The translations under genes were made by a program, and so were the position numbers. The notes beneath the pieces were generated by a model. The model was not told the origin of the DNA and did no database searches. It saw only the letters and a list, made by a program, of their open reading frames with translations. Positions 15,937-23,917 of a stretch of DNA of 24,861 nucleotides are shown here, one piece after another. Source of the DNA: Candidatus Acidiferrales bacterium (lineage in GTDB: Bacteria; Chloroflexota; Dormibacteria; Dormibacterales; Dormibacteraceae). How positions within the stretch are numbered: the first letter of the stretch is position 1; each line of letters begins with the position of its first letter. Location: NCBI GenBank assembly GCA_035300005.1, contig DATGVT010000070.1:1-24861 (forward strand). Direction: 5' to 3'.

Positions 15937-16148
15937 TGGCCCGTACCGACCGTATCTGGAGCATCCGGCGCCCCAGCCGGCCGGGCGCCCTACGGGCGCT
16001 GATGCCGGTGTTGCAGGACCCGGCGCCCGTCGTCACTCACCGGCGGGTGGGCTCCTCCATGCGCCACCCGCGCCTTGGCACCGGCCGCCTGGAACGCCGG
16101 TCTCCGAGCCTTCGGCCTGCTCCAGCTCCGGTCGTTACAGTCCACTAG
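15933..16148. mobile_element. MITE-like non-autonomous element (208 bp between flanking CTAG copies)
   Basis: CTAG (15933-36) + TGGCCCGTACCGACCGTATCTGGAGC ... reverse complement of the right end TGGACTGTAACGACCGGAGCTGGAGC + CTAG (16145-48). The terminal inverted repeats match at 21/26 nt. No coding capacity is evident, and there is extensive internal base-pairing. Confidence 0.65.
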
Positions 16149-16330
16149 AAGCGCTCCCGGCTGCCGGCCAGCAGGTCGCGGGCGAAGCTGCCGATCACGC
16201 CGCAGAAGATGCCCAGCCCGATCCCGATCACGACGTAGCCGCCGCCGCCCAGGACCTCGTGGAGCAGCATCCACCAGCCGGCCAGGGCGAGGACGACCGC
16301 GGCCAGCGTCCAGGCCAGCCGGGAGTCCAG
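16145..16330 (-). CDS. Small two-TM membrane protein, 61 aa (absent from the ORF track), probable CTG start
   Basis: GGAGG-ctagc-CTG then DSRLAWTLAAVVLALAGWWMLLHEVLGGGGYVVIGIGLGIFCGVIGSFARDLLAGSRERF-TAG. GC3-rich codons; it fills the gap after the DUF5666-like gene. Confidence 0.7.
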   Translation of the reverse strand: MDSRLAWTLAAVVLALAGWWMLLHEVLGGGGYVVIGIGLGIFCGVIGSFARDLLAGSRERF

Positions 16331-16331
16331 G

Positions 16332-16826
16332 CTAGCCTCCGGGAGGCGGAGTGCCCGGCCGGCCGCCCGGCTGCCCGCCCACCGCCCCGATGGTGATCGA
16401 GCTGGCCAGGATGCTGCCGTCCGCCTGGGGCCGGCCGGCCACGGTGACGGTCTGGTTCTGCTGCAGGTCCGCAGTCGAACCGGTGACCGTCTTGCGCACG
16501 GCCACGTTGCTGGCGAAGGTGACCTTCACGTCGGTGTTGCACTGCGCGTTGTGCACCGTCATCGAGCTGGCGGTCAGGCTGGTGACGGTCCCGGCGGCGA
16601 CCCCGCTCAGGGTGCCACCCCGCCCGCCGGAGGGAGTCGCGCCCGGGGTCGGGCAGGCTCCCCCCCGGCCGATCGCCGTCCCGCCGGCGCCGGTGGTGGT
16701 CCTGTCCGCCCCGGTGCCGGCGGCGGCCACCGGCTTGGCCTGAGCGAACTTGTAGCCGGCGTAGAAGCCGCCCAGGATGGCGACCACGACCACGAGGACG
16801 ACGGCGAACGACTTCATGTTGGTCAC
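16332..16826 (-). CDS. Membrane-anchored/secreted protein with Gly/Thr-rich linker and DUF5666-like OB domain
   Basis: N-terminal hydrophobic helix; GTVTSLT..SMTV..VKVT..VRKTV.G...DL...QTVTV.G....G.ILA..ITI beta pattern typical of proteins beside MacAB-like exporters. Confidence 0.75.
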   Translation of the reverse strand: MTNMKSFAVVLVVVVAILGGFYAGYKFAQAKPVAAAGTGADRTTTGAGGTAIGRGGACPTPGATPSGGRGGTLSGVAAGTVTSLTASSMTVHNAQCNTDVKVTFASNVAVRKTVTGSTADLQQNQTVTVAGRPQADGSILASSITIGAVGGQPGGRPGTPPPGG

Positions 16827-16830
16827 TTCA

Positions 16831-18072
16831 TCACTCCCAGCGCAGGGCTTCGATCGGGCGCAGCCGGGCCGCGCGGTTGGCGGGGTAGATGCCGAAGAAG
16901 AGGCCGATCCCGACCGACACCCCGAAGGCCAGCAGGATCGACGGCACGGAGACGACCGGGGGCGGGAAGTTGGCGCTGGCCGGGATCAGGTTGGGCGCCT
17001 CGGCGCTCAGCGCGGCGCCCACCGCGATGCCCAGGAGGCCGCCCAGCCCGGAGAGCACCATCGACTCGATCAGGAACTGCAGCAGGATGTCCCGCCAGCG
17101 GGCGCCGATCGCCTTGCGGATCCCGATCTCGCGGGTCCGCTCGGTGACCGTCACCAGCATGATGTTCATGATCCCGATCCCCCCCACCACCAGGGAGATG
17201 CCGGCGATGGCGGCCAGCACCAGCGTCAGCACCCCGGTGATCTGGTTGAAGGTGTTCAGGATGTCCTGCTGGCTGACGGTCTGGAAGTCGGGGTTGCTGG
17301 GGTCCGCGTGGTGCTGCGTGACCAGGATGTTGGTGATCTCGTCCTTGGCCGCGTTGACGCTGTCCGAGCCGGTCGCCTCGACCACGATCTGCGAGATGTT
17401 CTTGTTGCGGCCTCCGGTCAGGTAAGCCCAGGCCGCCGTGATGGGCACGACCGCGATGTTGTCCTGGCTGCCGGCGAATGACGCGCCCTTGGCGTCGAAG
17501 ACGCCGATGACGCGGAAGGTCTGCCGGTTGATCTTGATGGACTGGCCGACCGGGTCCTGGCCGCCGAAGAGGTTGTCGACCACGGTCTGGCCGATCACCA
17601 CCACCTTGTGCTGCGAGCGCACGTCGTCAGCCGTGAAGAAGGTCCCGCTCTTGACGGTGTAGTTGCGGACCTGGGGGAAGTCCTCGGTGGTGCCGGTGGT
17701 GGAGGCGAACCAGTTCTGGCTGCCGAAGGTCATGTTGCCGGGGGCGTTGGTGACCGGGATGGCGGAGACGATGTCGGGGGCCTGGCCGCGGTTCTTGAGG
17801 GCGTCGACGTCGGCCATGCTCAGGGTGCTGCCGCTGCCGAATCCCTGCGACACGCCGCTCTTATCCCGGACGCTGGCCGGGTAGACGTAGATGATGTTCG
17901 AGCCCAGCGCCTGCACCTGCTGCTGGACCTGGACCGAGGCCCCGTTGCCGACCGCCACCAGCAGGATCACGGCGGCGACCCCGATCAGGATGCCCAGCAT
18001 GGTCAGCGCCGAGCGCAGCCGGTTGGCGATCAAGCCCGAGAAGGCGATGCGGACGGCCTCGACGACGTTCAT
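16831..18072 (-). CDS. MacB/FtsX-like ABC transporter permease
   Basis: [17 protein letters not shown], large extracellular domain, [51 protein letters not shown]. Confidence 0.95.
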   Translation of the reverse strand: MNVVEAVRIAFSGLIANRLRSALTMLGILIGVAAVILLVAVGNGASVQVQQQVQALGSNIIYVYPASVRDKSGVSQGFGSGSTLSMADVDALKNRGQAPDIVSAIPVTNAPGNMTFGSQNWFASTTGTTEDFPQVRNYTVKSGTFFTADDVRSQHKVVVIGQTVVDNLFGGQDPVGQSIKINRQTFRVIGVFDAKGASFAGSQDNIAVVPITAAWAYLTGGRNKNISQIVVEATGSDSVNAAKDEITNILVTQHHADPSNPDFQTVSQQDILNTFNQITGVLTLVLAAIAGISLVVGGIGIMNIMLVTVTERTREIGIRKAIGARWRDILLQFLIESMVLSGLGGLLGIAVGAALSAEAPNLIPASANFPPPVVSVPSILLAFGVSVGIGLFFGIYPANRAARLRPIEALRWE

Positions 18073-18755
18073 CGGGCGCTCACCGCGGCGCGCGCCTCAT
18101 CGCTGACGACCAGGCCGTCCTTGAGCCGAACCACCCGCCGCGCGAAAACCGCGATCTCGGCCTCGTGGGTGATCAGCACGATGGTCCGGCCCGCCCGGTT
18201 GAGGTCCGCCAGGAGCCGCATGATCTCCTGGCTGGAGTCGGTGTCCAGGTTGCCGGTGGGCTCGTCGGCGAGCAGGATCGTGGGGTCGGTGACCAGCGCG
18301 CGGGCGATGGCCACCCGCTGCTGCTGGCCGCCCGAGAGCTCGGTCGGCAGGTGGCTGGCCCGGTCGGACAGGCCCACCGCCTCCAGCGCGCTCCGGGCCC
18401 GGCGCCGGCGGTCGTGCGCCCCGGCGTAGATCAGCGGCGTCTCCACGTTGTGGAGCGCGCTCGAGCGCGGGATCAGGTTGAAGGACTGGAAGACGAAGCC
18501 GATCTTGCGGTTGCGGATGGCGGCCAGCTGGTTGTCGTTGAGCTGGGAGACGTCGACCCCGTCCAGCAGGTAGCGGCCGCTGGTGGGCAGGTCCAGGCAG
18601 CCGACGATGTTCATCAGCGTGCTCTTGCCGGAGCCGGAGGCACCCATGATGGCGATGAACTCGCCCTCCTCGACGCGCAGGCTCACCCCCCGCAGGGCGG
18701 GCACGTCGACCCGGCCCATCCGGTAGGTCTTGGTGACCTCTTCGAGCTGGATCAC
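18069..18755 (-). CDS. ABC transporter ATPase (MacB/LolD type)
   Basis: Walker [35 protein letters not shown], Walker [14 protein letters not shown]-loop LITHE. Confidence 0.97.
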   Translation of the reverse strand: MIQLEEVTKTYRMGRVDVPALRGVSLRVEEGEFIAIMGASGSGKSTLMNIVGCLDLPTSGRYLLDGVDVSQLNDNQLAAIRNRKIGFVFQSFNLIPRSSALHNVETPLIYAGAHDRRRRARSALEAVGLSDRASHLPTELSGGQQQRVAIARALVTDPTILLADEPTGNLDTDSSQEIMRLLADLNRAGRTIVLITHEAEIAVFARRVVRLKDGLVVSDEARAAVSAR

Positions 18756-20386
18756 CCGATGCGCACCGCTCCCGGCTGGCCGCCTCGGATGGTGGTGCCG
18801 CTGGGGGTGCGCGGGGTGGGCAGAACGACCCGGTCGACGTCGTTGAGCCCGGCGGTCACCTCGGTGTACTGGTCACCGACAACCCCGGTCTCGATCGGCG
18901 TCCGGACCTGCTGGCCGCCGCTGTAGACCATGACCGTGGCCTGGCCGCCGATCCGGGTGATGGCCAGGTTGGGCACCAGCAGGGCGTTGGCCGCCTGCGC
19001 CACGGTGACGCTGGCGTTGGCGGTCATCCCCGGCTTGAGGCGCGGGTCCGACCGCCCGAAGGAGACGGTCGCGTAGTAGTTGACGACGTTGGAGACCACC
19101 GTCGCCGAGGCGTTGACCGCGACCAGCTTGCCGGAGGCGCTGACGCCTTGCAGGGCGTCGAAGGTGACGGTGGCCTCCTGGTTGGCGGCCAATCGGGCGA
19201 CGTCGGGCTCGGCGAAGAGAACCACGGCCTGCAGCGCCTTGTCGTTGCTGATGACCATGAAGGAGCCGGCGCCGCTGCTGCTGCTGCCGGTGGTGGGAAG
19301 GGGCGCCGTCGAGCCGGGCGCGGTGGCGGTGACGCCGGTGCCGGCGCTGACGTTCTCGCCCACCGTCCCGGTGAGGCTGTTGACGACCCCGTCCATGGGC
19401 GCTGTCAGCACCGTGTAGTTGAGGTTCTGCTGGGCCGTGTTGACCGCCACCTGGGCCGACAGCAAGGAGGCCTGGGCGGACGCGATCTGGTTCGGCTTCT
19501 GGGTGGTCTGGATGGTCAGGTTGTCCTGGGCGGAGGTCACGGCCTGAGCGGCCTGGTTGACGCTGCGCTGGCCGCTGAGGGCGTCGTTGTTCTGCTTGGA
19601 CTGGTCGGCGGAGAGCTTGCTCTGGTCGGCCTTCAGCGGGGCTTCGTCGGTGTTGACCTTGCTCTGGTCGGTGTTGACCGTGGTCTGGTCGCTGGACACC
19701 GTGGAGAAGTCGGCGGCGCAGGCGGCCGGCGCCGGCGGGCTGGTGTAGGGATAGCTGTAGGCGGCGCAGCCGTCGGCGCTGAACTTGTTCTGGTCCGTCT
19801 GCAGCTGGCTCCTGGCGTTCTGCAGGTTGAGCTTGTCCTGCTGGTAGGTGGCGCTGTTGTTGAGCGCCGTCTGGTCGGCGGTGACCGCGGCCTGGTCGGC
19901 CGCCACCGCGCTGGCGTCCTGGGTGTTGGTGTTGTTCACCTGGCTGACGGTGTCGCTGTAGCTCTGCTGCGCGTTGGCCAGGGCGTGCTGCAGCTGGGCG
20001 ATCTGGTCGCCGGTCAGGGGGCTGAGCGCCGACTGCAGGTTGGCCTGGGCCGAAGCCAGGTTGGCCCGGGCCTGGTCGAGTGCGTTCTGGTAGTTGGTGG
20101 GGTCGAGCTTGGCGACCACCTGGCCCTGGCTGACGCGGTCGCCGGCGCGGACGTCGACCTCGGCCAGCGTCCCCGCCACCTTGAAGGAGAGGTTGACCTG
20201 GGCCACGGGCACCACGGTGCCGGTGGCGGTAACCGTGCTGCGCACGGTGCCGCGGGTGACGGTGGCCAGGCGCAGGGCGGCGGCGGTGGTGCTGGGCGGC
20301 AGGAAGACGTCGCGGCCGATCAGCGCCAGCAGAGCCAGGGCGACCAGGGACAGGCCGGCGACGGCGATTCGGGGGGTGGTCAGCAA
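18752..20386 (-). CDS. RND/MacA-type membrane fusion (adaptor) protein with greatly extended coiled-coil hairpin
   Basis: N-terminal TM; lipoyl halves (V.V..GD.V..GQ..A.LD ... L.APMDGVV); beta-barrel with E.DV; L.PGMTA; LLVPN.AI. TTG start 8 nt after GGAGG. Confidence 0.9.
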   Translation of the reverse strand: MLTTPRIAVAGLSLVALALLALIGRDVFLPPSTTAAALRLATVTRGTVRSTVTATGTVVPVAQVNLSFKVAGTLAEVDVRAGDRVSQGQVVAKLDPTNYQNALDQARANLASAQANLQSALSPLTGDQIAQLQHALANAQQSYSDTVSQVNNTNTQDASAVAADQAAVTADQTALNNSATYQQDKLNLQNARSQLQTDQNKFSADGCAAYSYPYTSPPAPAACAADFSTVSSDQTTVNTDQSKVNTDEAPLKADQSKLSADQSKQNNDALSGQRSVNQAAQAVTSAQDNLTIQTTQKPNQIASAQASLLSAQVAVNTAQQNLNYTVLTAPMDGVVNSLTGTVGENVSAGTGVTATAPGSTAPLPTTGSSSSGAGSFMVISNDKALQAVVLFAEPDVARLAANQEATVTFDALQGVSASGKLVAVNASATVVSNVVNYYATVSFGRSDPRLKPGMTANASVTVAQAANALLVPNLAITRIGGQATVMVYSGGQQVRTPIETGVVGDQYTEVTAGLNDVDRVVLPTPRTPSGTTIRGGQPGAVRIG

Positions 20387-20414
20387 TTCAGCTTCCTCCG
20401 CGGGGTGATTCCGG

Positions 20415-21119
20415 TCACCACCTCAGCTCCTCCAGCGACCAGCCGCGGGTGGAGCCGAAGCGGGAGACGATGGCCAGGCCGAGGCCGGCCAGGACGAAGA
20501 GGGCGAGCAGGAAGGTGCCCGCCAGGGGCAGCAGTCCGAGGTCGAAGATCACGAGCACGCCGGCCAGGCCCAGCGCCAGCGGCGCGCCCTCGCCCAGCGG
20601 GCGCCGCAGCAGCCGGCCCACCGCCAGGCTCACCGCCGCGGTCCCGAAGGCCGCGGCCAGGGCGCCGGTCACCCAGAGCACCGGCAGCAGGGCCGGGAAG
20701 ATGACCGAGAAGCGGAGCAGGAAGCTGCCGCCGAGGATGATCAGCAGGGTGGCGAAGCCGGCCGCGAAGGCGACGGCGGGGCCCAGCGGCGCCTCCAGCC
20801 GCTCGACCGCCAGCCGGATCCGGCTCGGGAAGAGGGCCAGCATGCCCAGGGCCAGGAGCATGAAGACGAGGCCGTTGCTGGCCAGCACCCAGAAGCCGAA
20901 GAGCTGGCTGCCGGGGATGAATTGAAAGGTTGGGTTCCGGAGGCCGGGCTCGAGCGGGGCCGGGCCTCTGAAGGCCGCCCAGCGCGCCCGGGGCCCGATC
21001 CCCAGCCCGAGGTCGAAGGGTAGCGAGGGCCGGAACCAGGTGGCGTCGAGCCAGGCCAGCCCCAGGCCGATCAGGAGCAGGCCGGCCAGCAGGGCCGGCC
21101 ACCGCCAGCGCGCCGCCAT
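20415..21119 (-). CDS. Multi-pass membrane protein of unknown function
   Basis: C-terminal 234 aa of listed ORF 20415-21794, starting MAARWRWPALL at ATG 21119 (TGATG coupling to the anti-sigma gene); about 6-7 hydrophobic segments. Confidence 0.8.
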   Translation of the reverse strand: MAARWRWPALLAGLLLIGLGLAWLDATWFRPSLPFDLGLGIGPRARWAAFRGPAPLEPGLRNPTFQFIPGSQLFGFWVLASNGLVFMLLALGMLALFPSRIRLAVERLEAPLGPAVAFAAGFATLLIILGGSFLLRFSVIFPALLPVLWVTGALAAAFGTAAVSLAVGRLLRRPLGEGAPLALGLAGVLVIFDLGLLPLAGTFLLALFVLAGLGLAIVSRFGSTRGWSLEELRW

Positions 21120-21613
21120 CAGGCCCGGCGCCGGCCGCCGGGAGCGGCGAAGCCGCGGGTGAAGAGAGCCAGCTGCAGCGCCGCCAGGGCCACCAGCGCC
21201 AGGAAGCAGAGGACCAGGAAGAGGTCGACCGCGGGCGGCTGGGGCAGGGAGCTGAAGCCGGTGGTCCAGGCCGAGGAGACGTCGCCCCAGGTGCTGCCGG
21301 CCAGGTTGGCGATGCCCGCGAAGGAAAGGTACCAGGCGATCAGCAGGGCGAGCAGGATCTCGGGCGCCAGCAGGCCCCAGGCCAGCAGCGGGGGCCGGCG
21401 GCCGACCGCGCGCAGGACCCCGGTCACCAGGCCGGCGGGCGGCGCCGGTGAGCGCAGGGCCTGCAGGCGGCCGGGCAGGGAGACGGCCAGCCGGTAGTCG
21501 GCCGTGCAAGAGGGACAGCTGAGCAGGTGGGCGCGCAGCTCCCGGGCCCGTCCGGGGTCGAGCTCGCCGTCGGCCAGCGCCTCCAGGTGCGGCCGGACCT
21601 GCGAGCAGGTCAC
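21119..21613 (-). CDS. Zinc-binding anti-sigma factor (ZAS, zf-HC2) with two TM helices
   Basis: C..V...L....DGEL........HLLSCPSC (HxxxCxxC) followed by hydrophobic segments. Confidence 0.9.
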   Translation of the reverse strand: MTCSQVRPHLEALADGELDPGRARELRAHLLSCPSCTADYRLAVSLPGRLQALRSPAPPAGLVTGVLRAVGRRPPLLAWGLLAPEILLALLIAWYLSFAGIANLAGSTWGDVSSAWTTGFSSLPQPPAVDLFLVLCFLALVALAALQLALFTRGFAAPGGRRRA

Positions 21614-22179
21614 GCCTCCTCCTCCAGGGCGCGCCGCAGCATCGCCCGGCCGCGGTGCATGCGCGACTTGAGCGCCGCCAGGCTGAGGCCGAGCCCGGCC
21701 GCCACCTCCAGCAGCGGGAGGTCGGCGTAGTAGTGAAGGAGCAGCGGCAGCCGGTGCTCCGGGTCGAGGGCGGCCAGCGCGGCCCGCAGGGCACGGTCGG
21801 GCTCGGCGGCGGGCGCCGCGGCCAGGTCCGGGCCTTCCTCGGGGACCGCCACCCGGCGGCGGCGGTAGTTCAGCGCGACGTTGGCCGCCAGCTTCCAGAA
21901 CCAGGGTTCGAAGGGTCGGGCGGCGTCGAAGCGGCCCAGGTTGCGGTAGAGGCGGACGAAGACCTCCTGGGCCAGGTCCTGGGCCTCGTCGGCGTCGCCC
22001 AGGTGCTGGTAGGCGAACCCGTAGACGCGCCTCTGCAGGCGCCGGACCAGCTCCTCGAAGGCGTCCAGGTCGCCGCCGGTGGCCTGCCGGGCCAGCTCGG
22101 CGGGCCCCGCAGCGGCGAACCCGCCGGCCGGGCCGGACAGGCGAAGCGCCACAGCCGCTACCTGGCCGCTCACCGTCAT
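21610..22179 (-). CDS. ECF RNA polymerase sigma factor
   Basis: Region 2 GD.DAFEELV..DAEDL-like AQDLAQEVF..F.PW; region 4 LLHYY.DL...EVA..LG....LKSR.HRGR. Confidence 0.95.
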   Translation of the reverse strand: MTVSGQVAAVALRLSGPAGGFAAAGPAELARQATGGDLDAFEELVRRLQRRVYGFAYQHLGDADEAQDLAQEVFVRLYRNLGRFDAARPFEPWFWKLAANVALNYRRRRVAVPEEGPDLAAAPAAEPDRALRAALAALDPEHRLPLLLHYYADLPLLEVAAGLGLSLAALKSRMHRGRAMLRRALEEEA

Positions 22180-22183
22180 GCTC

Positions 22184-22210
22184 TACACGCCCCCGGCTGG
22201 CTTGGTTTCG
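22184..22210 (-). promoter_or_regulatory. Candidate autoregulatory ECF promoter
   Basis: The minus strand reads cGAAAC-N15-CGTGTA-gagc-ATG, resembling the ECF AAC/-35 and CGT/-10 pattern. The spacer is about 1 nt shorter than the typical 16-17. Confidence 0.4.
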
Positions 22211-22292
22211 GCAACGGCCGCGAGCATAGGGCTCTCAAGGTGAACCTCGGATGACGGGGAAGAACACCGGCGGCCTCCGGGTTGGAGGTTAG

Positions 22293-23909
22293 GTGACCGG
22301 GCTGCAGAAGAACCCCTGGGTGGTGCTGGTCGTGCTCTGCACGGGCTTCTTCATGATCCTGCTCGACCTGACGATCGTTAACATCGCGATCCCCAGCATC
22401 CTGAAGGGGCTCCACGCCACCCTGGACCAGATCCTCTGGGTGCTGAACGGCTACATCCTCTCCTACGCCGTCCTCTTGATCACGGCCGGCCGCCTGGGCG
22501 ATCTCTACGGCCAGAAGCGGCTCTTCCAGGCCGGGATGCTGCTCTTCACCCTGGCCTCGGGGCTCTGCGGCTTCGCCCAGGACTCCAACCAGCTGATCGC
22601 GGCCCGGGTGCTGCAGGGGGTCGGCGGCGCCGTGATGACCCCGCAGACGCTGGCCATCCTGGTAACCATCTTTCCGCCCGAGCGGCGGGGCGCCGCCTTC
22701 GGCGTCTGGGGCGGGGTGGCCGGCATCGCCTCGGTGACGGGTCCCACGCTCGGCGGCTTCATCGTCACCTACGCCGACTGGCGCTGGATCTTCTACGTCA
22801 ACCTGCCCATCGGTGCTCTGGCGCTGCTGGCGGGCTGGTTCATCATCCCCGACCTGCGGCCGGGCCGCCGGCACGGCCTCGACCTGGCCGGCGTGGTGCT
22901 GGCCTCGGCCGGGCTCTTCGCGGTGGTCTTCGGCCTGATCGAGGGCCAGCGCTACGACTGGGGCGCGGTCTGGGGACCGCTCAGCATCGCCGAGATCATC
23001 GGCGCCGGGGTGGCGCTGATCGCCATCTTCGTCTGGTGGGAGAGCCGGCAGCGAGAGCCGCTGATGCCGCTCTCGCTCTTCCGGGAGCGCAACTTCTCCC
23101 TCATGAACTGGACCAGCGCGGCCCTGAACTTCGGGATGCTGGGGATCTTCCTGCCCTTCATCATCTACCTGCAGTCGGTGCTCGGCATGACGCCCCTGCA
23201 GGCCGGGCTGACCATGATGCCGATGTCGCTGCTCTCGATGCCATTGGCGCCCATCGCCGGCCGGCTGTCGGACCGCATCGGAGGCAAGTACATCCTTCTG
23301 GTCGGGCTGACGCTCTTCGCCGCCAGCACCGTCTACCTGGCCGGGGCCGCCCGCACCGACTCGACCTGGCTGACCTTCCTGCCCGGCGTGCTGCTGGCCG
23401 GCGCCGGGATGGGCTGCACCTTCGCGCCCATGGTCACGGTCGCCATGCGCAACATCCAGCCGCAGATGGCGGGTGCCGCCTCCGGAGTGATGAACACGGT
23501 CCGCCAGCTGGGTGGGGCGCTGGGCGGCGCCATCGTGGGCGCGGTGCTGCAGAACCGGCTGGCGAGCACCCTCCACGACGAAGCCTCGAGCCGCGCCTCC
23601 GCGCTGCCGCCCCAGTTCCAGCGGCCATTCGTGAACGCCTTCGACAACGTGGCTCGGAGCGGGTTCGAGCTGGGCCGCGGGCAGAGCGGCGCCGCCCTGC
23701 CGAGCGGCATCCCGCCCTCGCTGCAGGCCCAGCTGCAGCAGCTCTTTCACGACGTCTTCGTGAACGCCTACGTGAGCGCCATGCGGCCGACGATGGCCGC
23801 CTCCGCCGCTGTGCTGCTGCTGGCGGCGCTGTCCTGCCTCGCCATCCGCCGCCGCCGCCGGCCGGCCGCGGAGGTGCGCCTCCGGGAGGCACCGGCCCCG
23901 GCGGCATAA
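22293..23909 (+). CDS. DHA2 (EmrB/QacA) family MFS efflux transporter
   Basis: LDLTIVNIAIPSI, WV.NGY.L, motif A GRLGDLYGQK, ARVLQGVGGA, GP.LGG, WRWIFYVNLP.G, GRLSDRIG. About 14 hydrophobic segments. Confidence 0.96.
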   Translation: MTGLQKNPWVVLVVLCTGFFMILLDLTIVNIAIPSILKGLHATLDQILWVLNGYILSYAVLLITAGRLGDLYGQKRLFQAGMLLFTLASGLCGFAQDSNQLIAARVLQGVGGAVMTPQTLAILVTIFPPERRGAAFGVWGGVAGIASVTGPTLGGFIVTYADWRWIFYVNLPIGALALLAGWFIIPDLRPGRRHGLDLAGVVLASAGLFAVVFGLIEGQRYDWGAVWGPLSIAEIIGAGVALIAIFVWWESRQREPLMPLSLFRERNFSLMNWTSAALNFGMLGIFLPFIIYLQSVLGMTPLQAGLTMMPMSLLSMPLAPIAGRLSDRIGGKYILLVGLTLFAASTVYLAGAARTDSTWLTFLPGVLLAGAGMGCTFAPMVTVAMRNIQPQMAGAASGVMNTVRQLGGALGGAIVGAVLQNRLASTLHDEASSRASALPPQFQRPFVNAFDNVARSGFELGRGQSGAALPSGIPPSLQAQLQQLFHDVFVNAYVSAMRPTMAASAAVLLLAALSCLAIRRRRRPAAEVRLREAPAPAA

Positions 23910-23917
23910 TCTCGGCC

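Noticed and set aside
15991-16040. 16-codon ORF (MSDDGRRVLQHRHQRP) behind a GGAGGAG inside the MITE-like element
   Set aside because: Too short, hydrophilic, not like a type I toxin or a tmRNA tag, and unsupported without expression data.
15937-16144. Known riboswitch, SRP, 6S, tmRNA or tRNA-Sec identity for the structured intergenic element
   Set aside because: Partial look-alikes (GCCGAAGG, ACTGTAA, CTCCGAGC) lack the rest of the glycine, cobalamin or Moco signatures. There is no tRNA cloverleaf or SRP helix-8 motif, and it is not 5' of a co-oriented gene.
19560-19940. 21-bp-period repeats (ctggtcgg...) as a CRISPR array or VNTR
   Set aside because: They are degenerate, in frame and explained by the protein heptad repeat; there are no spacers or cas genes.
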